A stretch of 24,332 nucleotides of DNA from Minisyncoccota bacterium (lineage in GTDB: Bacteria; Patescibacteriota; Minisyncoccia; Phycocordibacterales; SBAW01): assembly GCA_020050775.1 (NCBI GenBank), contig JAGVKC010000079.1:1-24332 (forward strand). Direction: 5' to 3'. Position 1 is the stretch's first letter. Each line of letters starts with the position of its first letter. Of this stretch, positions 13,707-24,332 are shown piece by piece. Both the position numbers and the translations under genes were made by a program. The notes below the pieces were generated by a model. It did not search any database, was not told the DNA's origin, and worked only from the letters and a program-made list of their open reading frames with translations.

Positions 13707-14321
13707 TTACTCTCCTAAACGGCCCATATAGGCCGCTTTTCTGCGCCATTCGTTCTTCTTCCATTCAGGCGCATGGTCCGTTGGGCCAATACGCGAAAGT
13801 TTTACCTTAAAACCAGCGAACCATAGGATGCCTCTTTTAATTTCATTGGTGTAATCGCCGAAGAATAGCCAGATAAGGAACGGATGGCTGCCAGAGAGTA
13901 CGAATACGCGCGCAGTCTTCCCTTTCATGCGTTTTATCCAGCCTAGCGCGCGTGTACCATCTTTATGCTTGCGCATATTAAAGCAGAACCCTGGCAACCA
14001 AAAACGATCAAAAAGGCCTTTCAAAAGAGCTGGCATCGTCTGCCACCAGTTTGGATAGAACAAGACAAAATGGTCGCACCAGGAAACAGCTTCTTGCAGA
14101 GCATTTAGGTCAGGTTCCAGTGTCTGTATTTCTTTATAACCTTTATGGAGAATGGGGTCGAACTTCATTTCTCCTAAATTAAAACGCTTCACTTCGTGGC
14201 CTGCTTTTTTTGCAGCAGTTTCATACAAAAGCGCCATCTCTCCCGTAAGTGTGGGCCCCGAATCCGGATGCCCCACCAGAATCGTAATTTTCTTTTTTGA
14301 ATAATCGGAGAAGAATCCCAT
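13707..14321 (-). CDS. NAD(P)H-dependent oxidoreductase, flavodoxin-like fold (Flavodoxin_2, MdaB/KefF family)
   Basis: ILVGHP, FDPILHKGY..Q.LEPDL, WCDHFVLFYPNWWQTMPALLKGLFDR and MKGKTARV motifs. Confidence 0.92.
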   Translation of the reverse strand: MGFFSDYSKKKITILVGHPDSGPTLTGEMALLYETAAKKAGHEVKRFNLGEMKFDPILHKGYKEIQTLEPDLNALQEAVSWCDHFVLFYPNWWQTMPALLKGLFDRFWLPGFCFNMRKHKDGTRALGWIKRMKGKTARVFVLSGSHPFLIWLFFGDYTNEIKRGILWFAGFKVKLSRIGPTDHAPEWKKNEWRRKAAYMGRLGE

Positions 14322-14323
14322 AG

Positions 14324-15199
14324 TTATTCTGAAGTAAATTGTACCCCAGCTGCACGCAAATGCTTGCCGATATCCTCAGGCTTCTGCGGCATAACATGTA
14401 TGGCTGGAAGTCCTGCTTGATCCAACTCTGGCATTGGTATTTCTTTTTTTGGCGGCTCAGCGACTTTCGGTGCGACAGGCACAGGCGGTGGTGGAGGCGG
14501 AGTTGGAATTTTTTCTTTCACAGGCGCAGGAAGTTCTGCTACCGCGTGTAGTGCAGGCAATGGATGTTCTGGCGTTTTTGCAGGCGGTGGAACTTGTACC
14601 GCTGTAGCGACAGGGACGACAGGCTTATTAGGCGGTGGAGGTGTAACAACAGGTTTTGACAGCACAGTCGTTTCTTGTGCTACTATAGGCACAATATTTT
14701 TTTTCTTACGCGGTGTTACAGCGTACAAAAATATTCCCCAGACAATGCCAAACGCAATAATCCAGGCGCCATATGCGATCAGAATATTTTTCCAAGAAAT
14801 TACAGGAGCCAGCGTGTGCACTAAAAAGAGCGCGTACCAGCTTGCTCCTTCGAGCCACAAGATGATGCCTCGCCCGCGTTGTAGTGTATCGAGCAAATGA
14901 AACCCAAGAAGCAGTGCCACCAAGAGCCACTTAAATACAAAGGCTGGTTCTTCAAGTACCGCTGTTTCTCCTGCAATGAAATGAAAATATCCTACTGCAC
15001 CTCCGGATATAACGATGAGCGCGATTCCCACAAAACGAACCCAACGAGCTGCGGTGCGCAAATGCTCATTAAACCGCTCCGCATGTGTATCAAGAAGATG
15101 TCCCGACAATAATATCGTTTGAGCTCCGATAGCGAGGAGCACGCCTATCTGCTGCGCAAAATAGAGGCCGAAAGCCAATAATTCGGCTGAAAAGACCAT
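14324..15199 (-). CDS. Hypothetical membrane protein with about 5 TM helices and a Pro-rich cytoplasmic tail
   Basis: 291 aa: a hydrophobic N-terminal ~160 aa, then a basic PRKKKN and a Pro/Val/Ala/Lys-rich low-complexity tail. It ends 2 nt before the oxidoreductase start. Confidence 0.8.
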   Translation of the reverse strand: MVFSAELLAFGLYFAQQIGVLLAIGAQTILLSGHLLDTHAERFNEHLRTAARWVRFVGIALIVISGGAVGYFHFIAGETAVLEEPAFVFKWLLVALLLGFHLLDTLQRGRGIILWLEGASWYALFLVHTLAPVISWKNILIAYGAWIIAFGIVWGIFLYAVTPRKKKNIVPIVAQETTVLSKPVVTPPPPNKPVVPVATAVQVPPPAKTPEHPLPALHAVAELPAPVKEKIPTPPPPPPVPVAPKVAEPPKKEIPMPELDQAGLPAIHVMPQKPEDIGKHLRAAGVQFTSE

Positions 15200-15224
15200 G
15201 TGTAAAGAATATCATGCACTTTTG

Positions 15225-16984
15225 CTAGCGAACGAAGACGTTAACCGATTTTTGGCTTATAACTGCACCGCCTGAGTTCGTGCTGATGAATGTAAGCGTG
15301 TAGGGACCGCTGCCTTTCCAATTCCAGCCGGTAAAATCTACTAACGCTTCTTTGTGCGGATAGTCTTGCGATGAATTGAACATAGAATTTCGGACACCGC
15401 CGTCAACGCTCCAAAACATCTGATACTGCGAGACATCTCTGCCTTCTAGCATTGCTTTGAGCGGCTGAACTCCCTGCAGGCTGGCGCCGTCAGTAGGCCA
15501 CCAGATATTTGTTGTCGCGCTTCCTGTCGGCGGTGGTGGTGGAGGAGGTGGATTTGCAGACCCTTGCCCTACCGAAAACGTCAGAGCGCTATTATTCCAA
15601 TGATACGCAGTGCTCCAGCCGCCGCTAAACACGCCTACCGTTACTCGGTACTCGCCCGCTGCAGTCGGAGTCCACAAAATATCAAAGTTACGCTCTTCGC
15701 CACTGCCGAACGCCTGATTCTCGTAGAATTGCTGGTATACCCGCTGGTTGGAAGCATTGTAAATTTCAATATCGACTATGCCGCCGCTTGTTGGGCTCAT
15801 GGTCAGATTCTTGATACTGGCACGCACTGACGTAGCAGTCCCAACATTAGGACCTCCAGGATTTGCGCTTGCACTTGAAGAGAAGCTCGGAGTTGAGGGC
15901 GGCTGGGTGGGTTGTGGCGCCGCAGTGTACCAGCGGGTCAACACGAGTTCCGCAGCTTTACGCTGAGGCGTGTAGTCGCTGTTGCCTTGCCCACCTGCGT
16001 TAGGGTTCGTTTCCCAGTCCCACCAATACACGCCGGCCAGATAGTCGTAATCATTCCAATACGAGAGGAGCGCTTCATACGCATTGGCTTGCAGAGTTTC
16101 ATCTGATGCACCGCCGCGCTGCCAGTTCCACGGGTCTCGATGTGCATCTTGCAAGCTGCGATACCCTATTTCTAGAAAAAGAACTTGCTTCCCTACGCTT
16201 TGCGCAAAACCTTTTATGTCGTTGTTGTTCCAATAGTTCCATGCGCCTTTCATGCCATCGACCGAGCTGTCGGAATTTAACCCGTAATACACCGAAAGAC
16301 CGGCATAATCCAGATAGCTCCAGAAGCCGATGAATTTTTTTTCATTCTGGTAATAACTATTGTCGTTGTTTGTAGAATTTGCGCCATACGTAAGCTTTCC
16401 GTTGTATACGGCTCGCAACTGACCAATGAGATTGATCCAGTTCTGCGTATTGGTTGAATTGATTTGAGGTACGGTCATAGATACCATCTCCGTTCCTATA
16501 GATATCATTTCTACGTGATGCACCCGGCCTATCTCGCCAAGATTAAGCAGTTTTGCTCCATACGCACCAAACCACTCGTTTCTGTCGCTTGGATTTATGT
16601 ATGCGCGCCATTCACCTCCGTAGGATTCAACGTGAGGCTTTAACATGACCGCAAGACCAAGCTCGTGCGCATAATCGATAGCTGCTTTAAGCGATGCGTC
16701 CGTTGGCGTATTCCAGCCGTTTTGTATATCAGTTGAATACATATTCGACTGATAATACGGGACTACAAATGAAACATAATTTGCTCCAGTAGCTTTAAGG
16801 TTGCGCAGAGATTGTTTAAACGAATCGCTGCCGAAGTCGGTCTGAGACTTCGGCACCATTGTTGCCCCTTGTTGCCAAGACGACACTGCTGCATGGGCCA
16901 TAAGAGCCGAAAAGGTGCCCACACCAATGCCGCCATTACAAAAATCCCCACCGCACCGGTGACATACGCTGCCACTTTTTTCAT
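15225..16984 (-). CDS. Secreted glycoside hydrolase family 113-like (beta-mannanase-type TIM barrel) with two C-terminal beta-rich/Ig-like domains; 1-nt frameshift near 16910-16913
   Basis: GH113/GTA-TIM motifs VMLKPHV, SIGTEM (acid/base Glu), LTYGAN, LDYAGLSVYY, FLEIGYRS (nucleophile Glu) and GVYWWDW, with Pro-rich linkers. The signal peptide MKKVAAYVTGAVGIFVMAALVWAP starts at 16984 in a neighbouring frame. Confidence 0.85.
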
Positions 16985-17153
16985 ACTCAAGTGTGTCACA
17001 GTGGCACTGAATCAGTAGTGAAGCCCCGTACACCGATTTTTCGTTGCGAAGCATTCGTCCAGTCTTTTTAATGAAGTTCATTTTGCGCAAGGACCGCGAA
17101 AAGCGGTGTCAGGGGAAGCGGCTACGTTGTATATGCTTGCAAGATACGATAGC

Positions 17154-17181
17154 AAAAAGGCGCTTCCCGAAGGAAGCGCCT
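17154..17181 (-). terminator. Intrinsic terminator closing the atp/small-ORF transcript
   Basis: On the minus strand AGGCGCTTCC-TTCG-GGAAGCGCCT (10-bp stem, C-UUCG-G loop), followed by TTTT. Confidence 0.85.
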
Positions 17182-17187
17182 AAAACG

Positions 17188-17367
17188 TTACCTGCTAGCT
17201 AGCATGGCCACAGTAATTCGGCGGCCGAAACGAAGCAGAGTGATCTGATCAAAAACAGGTGACTTGCGAGGAGCGCCCATTTTTCGCTTTACGCATCTGG
17301 GCGACTGCCCTTTTGTATGAACGACTGGTTGTCCGTTTGATTTAGCCGTTTTAGTTGGCTTGGACAT
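17188..17367 (-). CDS. Small basic protein, 59 aa, absent from the ORF track
   Basis: MSKPTKTAKSNGQPVVHTKGQSPRCVKRKMGAPRKSPVFDQITLLRFGRRITVAMLASR. AGGGG lies 8 nt upstream of the ATG with GGAGG further up; the TAA is 6 nt before the terminator. Confidence 0.5.
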   Translation of the reverse strand: MSKPTKTAKSNGQPVVHTKGQSPRCVKRKMGAPRKSPVFDQITLLRFGRRITVAMLASR

Positions 17368-17451
17368 TCAAATTTCCCCTGTGTGTTGAATTCCTCCCCG
17401 ATACTACCTCGCGCAAAAAATAGCGCAAGCGTAGTTACAAACATACTAAGG

Positions 17452-17685
17452 TTACAAAATCACTGTTGCGCCTTCGGAGCGAACTTCCAATACACCCCCT
17501 TCTACGGGAAATTCGCGTATGTCAGACTCAGTAACACGCACAATCGCGTTGCCACTCTTGAGAGTCGTAACTATGGGCATATGATGCCCTAGCACCGTCA
17601 TCTCCCCGCCCGCAGCAGGAACCGTCAGCGAATGTGCTTCGCCGTCGAAGAGAGTTTCATCTACTCGTGCAATAGTTACGCGCAT
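17452..17685 (-). CDS. atpC: F1 ATP synthase epsilon subunit, N-terminal beta-sandwich only
   Basis: 77 aa (LFDGEAHSLTVP...GEMTVLGHHMPIVTTL...GGVLEV), in last atp position. The C-terminal helical domain is missing. Confidence 0.9.
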   Translation of the reverse strand: MRVTIARVDETLFDGEAHSLTVPAAGGEMTVLGHHMPIVTTLKSGNAIVRVTESDIREFPVEGGVLEVRSEGATVIL

Positions 17686-17693
17686 CTTTTATA

Positions 17694-19079
<1,386 letters not shown>

Positions 19080-19099
19080 ATAGATAATTATTACTGCTG

Positions 19100-20011
19100 T
19101 TATGCGGCCATCGCTTCCATGCCGCCGGTTATCTCGCTCACTTCGCGCGTAATAGCTGCCTGGCGCGCTTTGTTGAACTTCAATGTTAATGCATCAGCCA
19201 TTTCAGATGCTTTATCTGATGCTGACTTCATCGCTACCATGCGAGCCGAGTGCTCTGACGCCTGTGTTTCCAGAAGCGCATGATACACAAAGATGCCTGC
19301 AAGTTTAGGGATGAGCATGCCGAGCACTTCTTCTTCCGAAGGTTCAACTGTATACGGTGCCGATGATGTCGAAAGTACAGGCTCTGCAAATGCTCCACGC
19401 GCTGGAAGGATGTCTCCCACTACGTTCGCAAGCTCTTGAATAGAAAGCGGAAATACCGTGCGCAACGTTGGGCGCTGTTCGAACGTCGATATAAAATTCT
19501 GATATCCCACCTTTACTAAATCGACAGTACCGGCAGAGTATTCTGTAGCACTCGTGCGCAAAAGCGAGCTCATAAAGTTTGTATCCACCAGATCGGTATT
19601 TGGGTGCATCTGTACGCTAAATCCGCGGCGTTCAAAGAAGTCTCCCGCTTTGCGACCTATGGCTACAACGCGAGTATTCTCCGGCGTTAAGCCGAGCCCT
19701 GCGATATCTGCTGCTGCAGCACGCAATACACCAGAGTTAAGTGCTCCTGCAAGGCCCTTGTCGCTGGTGATGACTATATATAGAGCGCGAGAGACCGGAC
19801 GAGCCTGGGCAAGCGGGTGGGTCTGCAGTGCACCTGCACCAGCAACACGTGAAAGTACGCTTGCTGCGGCGCGTGCATACGCGCGGCCACTGAGTGCCTT
19901 CTGCTGAGCTTTGCGCATCTTTGCAGCAGAAACCGCTTCCATCGCCTTGGTGACGGTGCGCGTTTTACCTACAGAGCGTATTTTGCTTTTGATTACCTTA
20001 AGTCCCGCCAT
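19100..20011 (-). CDS. atpG: F1 ATP synthase gamma subunit
   Basis: [28 protein letters not shown] and [14 protein letters not shown] motifs, in operon position. Confidence 0.96.
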   Translation of the reverse strand: MAGLKVIKSKIRSVGKTRTVTKAMEAVSAAKMRKAQQKALSGRAYARAAASVLSRVAGAGALQTHPLAQARPVSRALYIVITSDKGLAGALNSGVLRAAAADIAGLGLTPENTRVVAIGRKAGDFFERRGFSVQMHPNTDLVDTNFMSSLLRTSATEYSAGTVDLVKVGYQNFISTFEQRPTLRTVFPLSIQELANVVGDILPARGAFAEPVLSTSSAPYTVEPSEEEVLGMLIPKLAGIFVYHALLETQASEHSARMVAMKSASDKASEMADALTLKFNKARQAAITREVSEITGGMEAMAA

Positions 20012-20013
20012 GG

Positions 20014-21573
20014 TTAGTTAAAAAGATCCGGATGTGAGCTTTCGAATTTCTGGAGCTGCATTTTAAGTTCTTCTTCGGTCTGTTGTGCAATATCGCGTGC
20101 ACGTTCAATACTCTCGAATATCGCCTTTGCATTGCTCTCGATGAACGCAAGAAGTTTCTCTTCGTATTCTGGAACGCGCGCTACTGCCACTTTTGCCAAG
20201 TAGCCGTTAATGGCCGCGTAAATAGCTACTGCCTGCTTTTCGAACGGAAGAGGCATGCCGTTGCGCTGACGCAACGAGGCCGTAAGACGTTCACCTCCGT
20301 CAATGCGCTTCTTGGTGTCTGCATCGAGATCTTGAGAGAACTGCATAAACGCTTCGAGTTCGCGGAACTGCGCAAGTTCGAGCTTGATGCGGCCAGATAC
20401 TTTCTTCATTGCCTTGGTCTGTGCAGCAGAACCCACGCGAGACACCGAGTTGCCGACGTTCACTGCAGGACGCATACCCTTGTTGAAGAGATCTGTCTCA
20501 AGGAAAATCTGACCGTCCGTGATAGAAATAACGTTTGTCGGAATGTATGCAGAGATGTCGCCCTCCTGAGTTTCAATGATAGGAAGCGCGGTAAGAGAAC
20601 CTCCGCCTTTTTCTTTAGAGAGCTTTGCTGCACGTTCAAGCAACCGAGAGTGCAGGTAGAAAATGTCTCCAGGATACGCTTCACGGCCCGGCGGGCGGCG
20701 CAACAAAAGCGAGAGCTGGCGGTATGCAACAGCATGTTTAGAAAGGTCATCGTAAATCACGAGAGCATCGCGGCCCTGTTCCATAAAGTATTCGCCGATA
20801 GCCGCACCTGCAAACGGTGCAAGGTACTGCAACGCCGCAGGGCTTGAAGCGCCTGCGTCAACGACTATCGTGTAGTCCATCGCGCCGCGCTCCTTTAGCG
20901 ATGCTACGAGGCGTGCAGTTTTGGATTCCTTCTGACCAACAGCAACGTAAATACATATTGGACGCGTTGCATCTGGTTCGCTCTTCTGGTTGATGATGGT
21001 GTCGATCGCAATGGTAGTTTTACCCGTGTAGCGATCGCCGATGATAAGTTCGCGCTGTCCCCGACCGATCGGGATCATCGAGTCGATGGCTTTGATGCCG
21101 GTATGCAGCGGCGTGTTAACGGAGGATCGTTCGATAACACCAAACGCTTCGCGCTCAATAGCATTGCGCTTAGTGGACTGTATGGCACCAAGCCCGTCTA
21201 CTGTTTCTCCGAGCGGAGAGACAACGCGACCCAAAAGCGCCTCACCTACCGGAATGGAGAGCACTTCCCCAGTAGGAATAACAGTCATACCTTCAGCCAC
21301 CGCTCCTGCATCGCCAAGAATAATGACGCGCACAGACTCCTCTTCGAGGTTAAGGATCACGCCGAAGACATCCCCTTTCACTTCCACTGCGTCTTTTAGA
21401 GGTTTATTGCCCGTTGTTTCAAAACGAACCATTTCCGACATGCGTGCGCTGCGCAGACCTTCTATTTCAGCCACACCGTCTCCTACGCGCAGCACTACGC
21501 CGGTATCTTTAGGGCGTTCAGTCGCCTTAAAGCCTTCTATCTCTTTTTTAAATTGTTCTATAAAATGTTGCAT
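20014..21573 (-). CDS. atpA: F1 ATP synthase alpha subunit
   Basis: [59 protein letters not shown] and [14 protein letters not shown]. Confidence 0.98.
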   Translation of the reverse strand: MQHFIEQFKKEIEGFKATERPKDTGVVLRVGDGVAEIEGLRSARMSEMVRFETTGNKPLKDAVEVKGDVFGVILNLEEESVRVIILGDAGAVAEGMTVIPTGEVLSIPVGEALLGRVVSPLGETVDGLGAIQSTKRNAIEREAFGVIERSSVNTPLHTGIKAIDSMIPIGRGQRELIIGDRYTGKTTIAIDTIINQKSEPDATRPICIYVAVGQKESKTARLVASLKERGAMDYTIVVDAGASSPAALQYLAPFAGAAIGEYFMEQGRDALVIYDDLSKHAVAYRQLSLLLRRPPGREAYPGDIFYLHSRLLERAAKLSKEKGGGSLTALPIIETQEGDISAYIPTNVISITDGQIFLETDLFNKGMRPAVNVGNSVSRVGSAAQTKAMKKVSGRIKLELAQFRELEAFMQFSQDLDADTKKRIDGGERLTASLRQRNGMPLPFEKQAVAIYAAINGYLAKVAVARVPEYEEKLLAFIESNAKAIFESIERARDIAQQTEEELKMQLQKFESSHPDLFN

Positions 21574-21578
21574 GGAAT

Positions 21579-21839
21579 TTAGTGTGTGTTGACCAGATGA
21601 CGGTAGAGCTCGACCAGTTTGCGTGTTCTCTCTTGCTCTTTAGTGGCAGTAGAGAACCGTTTGGAACGTTCGCTGCGTAGTTGTAAGCGCTCATACGCTC
21701 CGTAAATGCGAGGCAAAAGTTTACCGTGGCCGCGCTGCATTAACACTTCGCGCAGATTGCGAAGATATTCTTTTCCCTTTGCAGGTTCCTTCTCGACAAG
21801 TTCGTGAAGGGCGCGGGCGTATTGGCTTGCGATATCCAT
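21579..21839 (-). CDS. atpH: Truncated F1 delta-like subunit (N-terminal helical part only, 86 aa)
   Basis: Lies between atpF and atpA and begins [14 protein letters not shown], resembling the delta YARAL motif. There is no C-terminal delta domain. Confidence 0.65.
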   Translation of the reverse strand: MDIASQYARALHELVEKEPAKGKEYLRNLREVLMQRGHGKLLPRIYGAYERLQLRSERSKRFSTATKEQERTRKLVELYRHLVNTH

Positions 21840-21846
21840 ATAAGGT

Positions 21847-22290
21847 CTATTTCTTTTCAAACGTCTTTTCCATACCCAGCACAATTAGCTTTGCAACTTC
21901 TTGCTTGCTCTCGCGCAATGCCTGGTCTTTCAATTCCTGTGCTTCGCGCTCTGCATCTTTGAGGACGCTCGCAGCGGCAGCTTCAGCCTGGCTTTGCAGT
22001 TCGCGCTGTTTTTCAACCCCTGCACTGCGTGCAGCAGAGACTATTGAGTCAGCTTCCTTCCCTGCTTCTGCCAAAAGACCTGAGCGCGACGCCTCTATTT
22101 CTTGGAGACGCTGCGACGCTGCTTCTGCTTCGTGTACACCTTGCGCTACTTTAGCGCGGCGCTCTTCAAGCATGCGATTGATAGGCGTATAGAGGAAATA
22201 CGTCAAACCTGCGAGCAGAAGCCCGAAGTTAGTGGCGTTTATAAGGAGGAGCCGCCAATCTATCCCGAATGTGTAAAGAATTTGTTCCAT
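21847..22290 (-). CDS. atpF: F0 ATP synthase subunit b
   Basis: N-terminal TM (FGIDWRLLLINATNFGLLL...LYTPI...LEERR), then an Ala/Glu-rich coiled coil. Confidence 0.93.
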   Translation of the reverse strand: MEQILYTFGIDWRLLLINATNFGLLLAGLTYFLYTPINRMLEERRAKVAQGVHEAEAASQRLQEIEASRSGLLAEAGKEADSIVSAARSAGVEKQRELQSQAEAAAASVLKDAEREAQELKDQALRESKQEVAKLIVLGMEKTFEKK

Positions 22291-22450
22291 TATGTTACTG
22301 AGAGCTAAAAGGATGAACTACATAGAGCAAATTTCTGTAGCTTTGAGCGGAGTTCTAGGAACGCGAGTCATATTTTACGAACCGCACTTGTAGCTGCGGC
22401 GAGCAAAATGTGGCGAAGCGTGACAACGAAATACGCCAAAGATACGGAAA

Positions 22451-22699
<249 letters not shown>

Positions 22700-22714
22700 T
22701 TATTGAAACCTATG

Positions 22715-23536
22715 TTAATGCGCACCTTGACTCGACGCCAATGTCGAGACAGGCGCCCCTTGTGCCTGCCCCTCCACTTTGTGGTGACCTTCGCTGCCGT
22801 GAGGCTCCTCTATAGCAATCTTGATGAATGCTAGCGTGAGGATCGCGAAGATGGCGGCCTGGAGTACCCCAATAAACACTTCGAAGGCCATAAGAGGAAC
22901 AGGGACCACGTACGGAAGGAAAAGCCCAATGACCATAAGGAGCACTTCGCCCGCAAAAATCGCTCCGAATAATCGGAACGAGAATGAGACAAGGCGTGCG
23001 AGGTTGCCGATAAGCTCAAGGAGCCCGACAGCAAACCCCATAAAGCCTCCTCTAAAGTTAACAAATTTTGAACCATACTTCAATACGCCGAGCGTCAAAA
23101 TACCAGAAAGCTCGATAACAAAAAACGAGATGAGTGCGAGCGCTAAGGTAGAGTTAAGGTCTGAGTTAACGTTATGAAAGAGCGGCACCATAGTATCCCC
23201 ACGCTCTATGGTAATGGTTTTAAAAATTGGAAGAAAGTGAAATAAATTCGCTGTGAGAATGAAGAGAAATATAGTCGTCACGAACGGAACATAGCGCTTT
23301 GCCATTTTTTTATCGCCCAACGTCTCCTCAACATAGTTAAAGAGATATTCGTAGAGCATCTCGAATAGATTTTGTACTTTGCCTGGAACGGCAGAGAGGC
23401 GGCGGCCAACCAAAAAGGCCGAGAGGAGCAATACCGCCATGACTAGCCAGGTAGTCAAAATGCTATTGGTTATGGGAAAACCCCATAATTGGAACAAGCG
23501 CTCAGAAGCGAGCGTTATATGCAGTCCTTCTTGCAT
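22715..23536 (-). CDS. atpB: F0 ATP synthase subunit a
   Basis: PITNSILTTW, PGKVQNLFE, SFSFRLFG (essential Arg) and FIGVLQAAIF. The ATG at 23536 (MQEGLH) is preferred to the GTG at 23551, which overlaps the -10 box. Confidence 0.95.
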   Translation of the reverse strand: MQEGLHITLASERLFQLWGFPITNSILTTWLVMAVLLLSAFLVGRRLSAVPGKVQNLFEMLYEYLFNYVEETLGDKKMAKRYVPFVTTIFLFILTANLFHFLPIFKTITIERGDTMVPLFHNVNSDLNSTLALALISFFVIELSGILTLGVLKYGSKFVNFRGGFMGFAVGLLELIGNLARLVSFSFRLFGAIFAGEVLLMVIGLFLPYVVPVPLMAFEVFIGVLQAAIFAILTLAFIKIAIEEPHGSEGHHKVEGQAQGAPVSTLASSQGAH

Positions 23537-23665
23537 ATGCGTTGTCCCCACTATAACACATTGAAGTAAGGCCGTATAGTAAGAATCGTTCTATACTGAC
23601 GTCTTCATTAGGGAAGCTCCTGTAAGGGAACTTCAAGAATTACCACTAACATAACAATTACTTTC

Positions 23666-24307
23666 ATGCCCTTTATTGCAATCGCGCTCGTACTGACAGC
23701 CACACTTGGCGGCGCTGTCTCCGTAGCGTCGCAAAATGCCCTCCCGGGTGATGCGCTCTACGGTTTTAAGGTCGGGGTTAACGAAAACATTCAGAGCTCG
23801 CTCGCGTTCGATGACAAGTCAAAAGCAGACTTCAACATAGCAAAGGCAGAGATTCGTCTTGAGGAAGCTGCAAAGCTCTCCTCGGAAGGCCGTCTCGATG
23901 CTAATGCCCAGGCGCGCATTGAACAGAATTTCGAGGCACATGCAAAGAACACTGCAACACTTATCGCTAAGCTCCAGGAAAAAGGCGACTACGCTATAGC
24001 TGCAGACGTAGCAGCACGCTTCCAGGCTTCGGTAGCAAAGCAAGCTTCCGCGCTTGCACAGGCTAAAGCCAGCGCAAACGCTGAAGGCGAAACAACACTT
24101 ACCATTCTTGTGAACCGTGTACATGCAACGCTCGACATCGCGTCCGACCTTTCCGCTGAAGCTTCGGCTAAAGCGTCAGTTGAGAGCAGTGTAAAAGCGT
24201 CTGCAAATACTAATGGTGCCGCAGCAACTTCCAGCTCGAACACCACTGTTAATGTAGGTGCTACCGGCTCAGCTTCTTCTACTGGCGGTATCAACATCGA
24301 CCTGTAA
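23666..24307 (+). CDS. DUF5667-type exported/anchored protein with an Ala/Ser-rich tail
   Basis: Hydrophobic N-terminus, then ALPGDALYGFKVGVNENI...AEIRLEEAAKL typical of DUF5667, and a low-complexity C-terminus. Confidence 0.8.
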   Translation: MPFIAIALVLTATLGGAVSVASQNALPGDALYGFKVGVNENIQSSLAFDDKSKADFNIAKAEIRLEEAAKLSSEGRLDANAQARIEQNFEAHAKNTATLIAKLQEKGDYAIAADVAARFQASVAKQASALAQAKASANAEGETTLTILVNRVHATLDIASDLSAEASAKASVESSVKASANTNGAAATSSSNTTVNVGATGSASSTGGINIDL

Positions 24308-24332
24308 ACGTTCCCCTTAAAACAAAAACCAC

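Overview
Housekeeping region of a low-biosynthesis bacterium, most likely Patescibacteria/CPR (Parcubacteria-like). The assignment is an inference from DUF5671-, DUF5667- and T4SS-pilin-like proteins and from the shortened ATP synthase delta and epsilon subunits. The window holds mnmA, mltG, leuS with an inserted Nudix domain, an orphan aspartokinase, ychF, a flavodoxin-2 oxidoreductase, a secreted GH113-type glycosidase, a complete atpBEFHAGDC operon and several CPR-type membrane proteins. No rRNA, tRNA, CRISPR array, transposase or integrase was recognised. Most notable: (i) a gene-free ~410-nt minus-strand transcription unit (11872 to ~11461) with a TTGACA-N17-TATACT promoter, a ~218-nt rod-like fold and its own terminator; (ii) single-base lesions at conserved positions: TGA at a conserved Gly in atpD, TAG at an expected Trp in a sigma-r4/winged-helix protein, a 1-nt frameshift that detaches the GH113 signal peptide, and an apparently lost lysC stop codon, while none of the 24 gene ends I read uses TGA; (iii) an intact Nudix box inside LeuRS; (iv) an uncalled 59-aa basic ORF at the end of the atp operon. 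Without reads, sequencing error cannot be separated from biology for the lesions.
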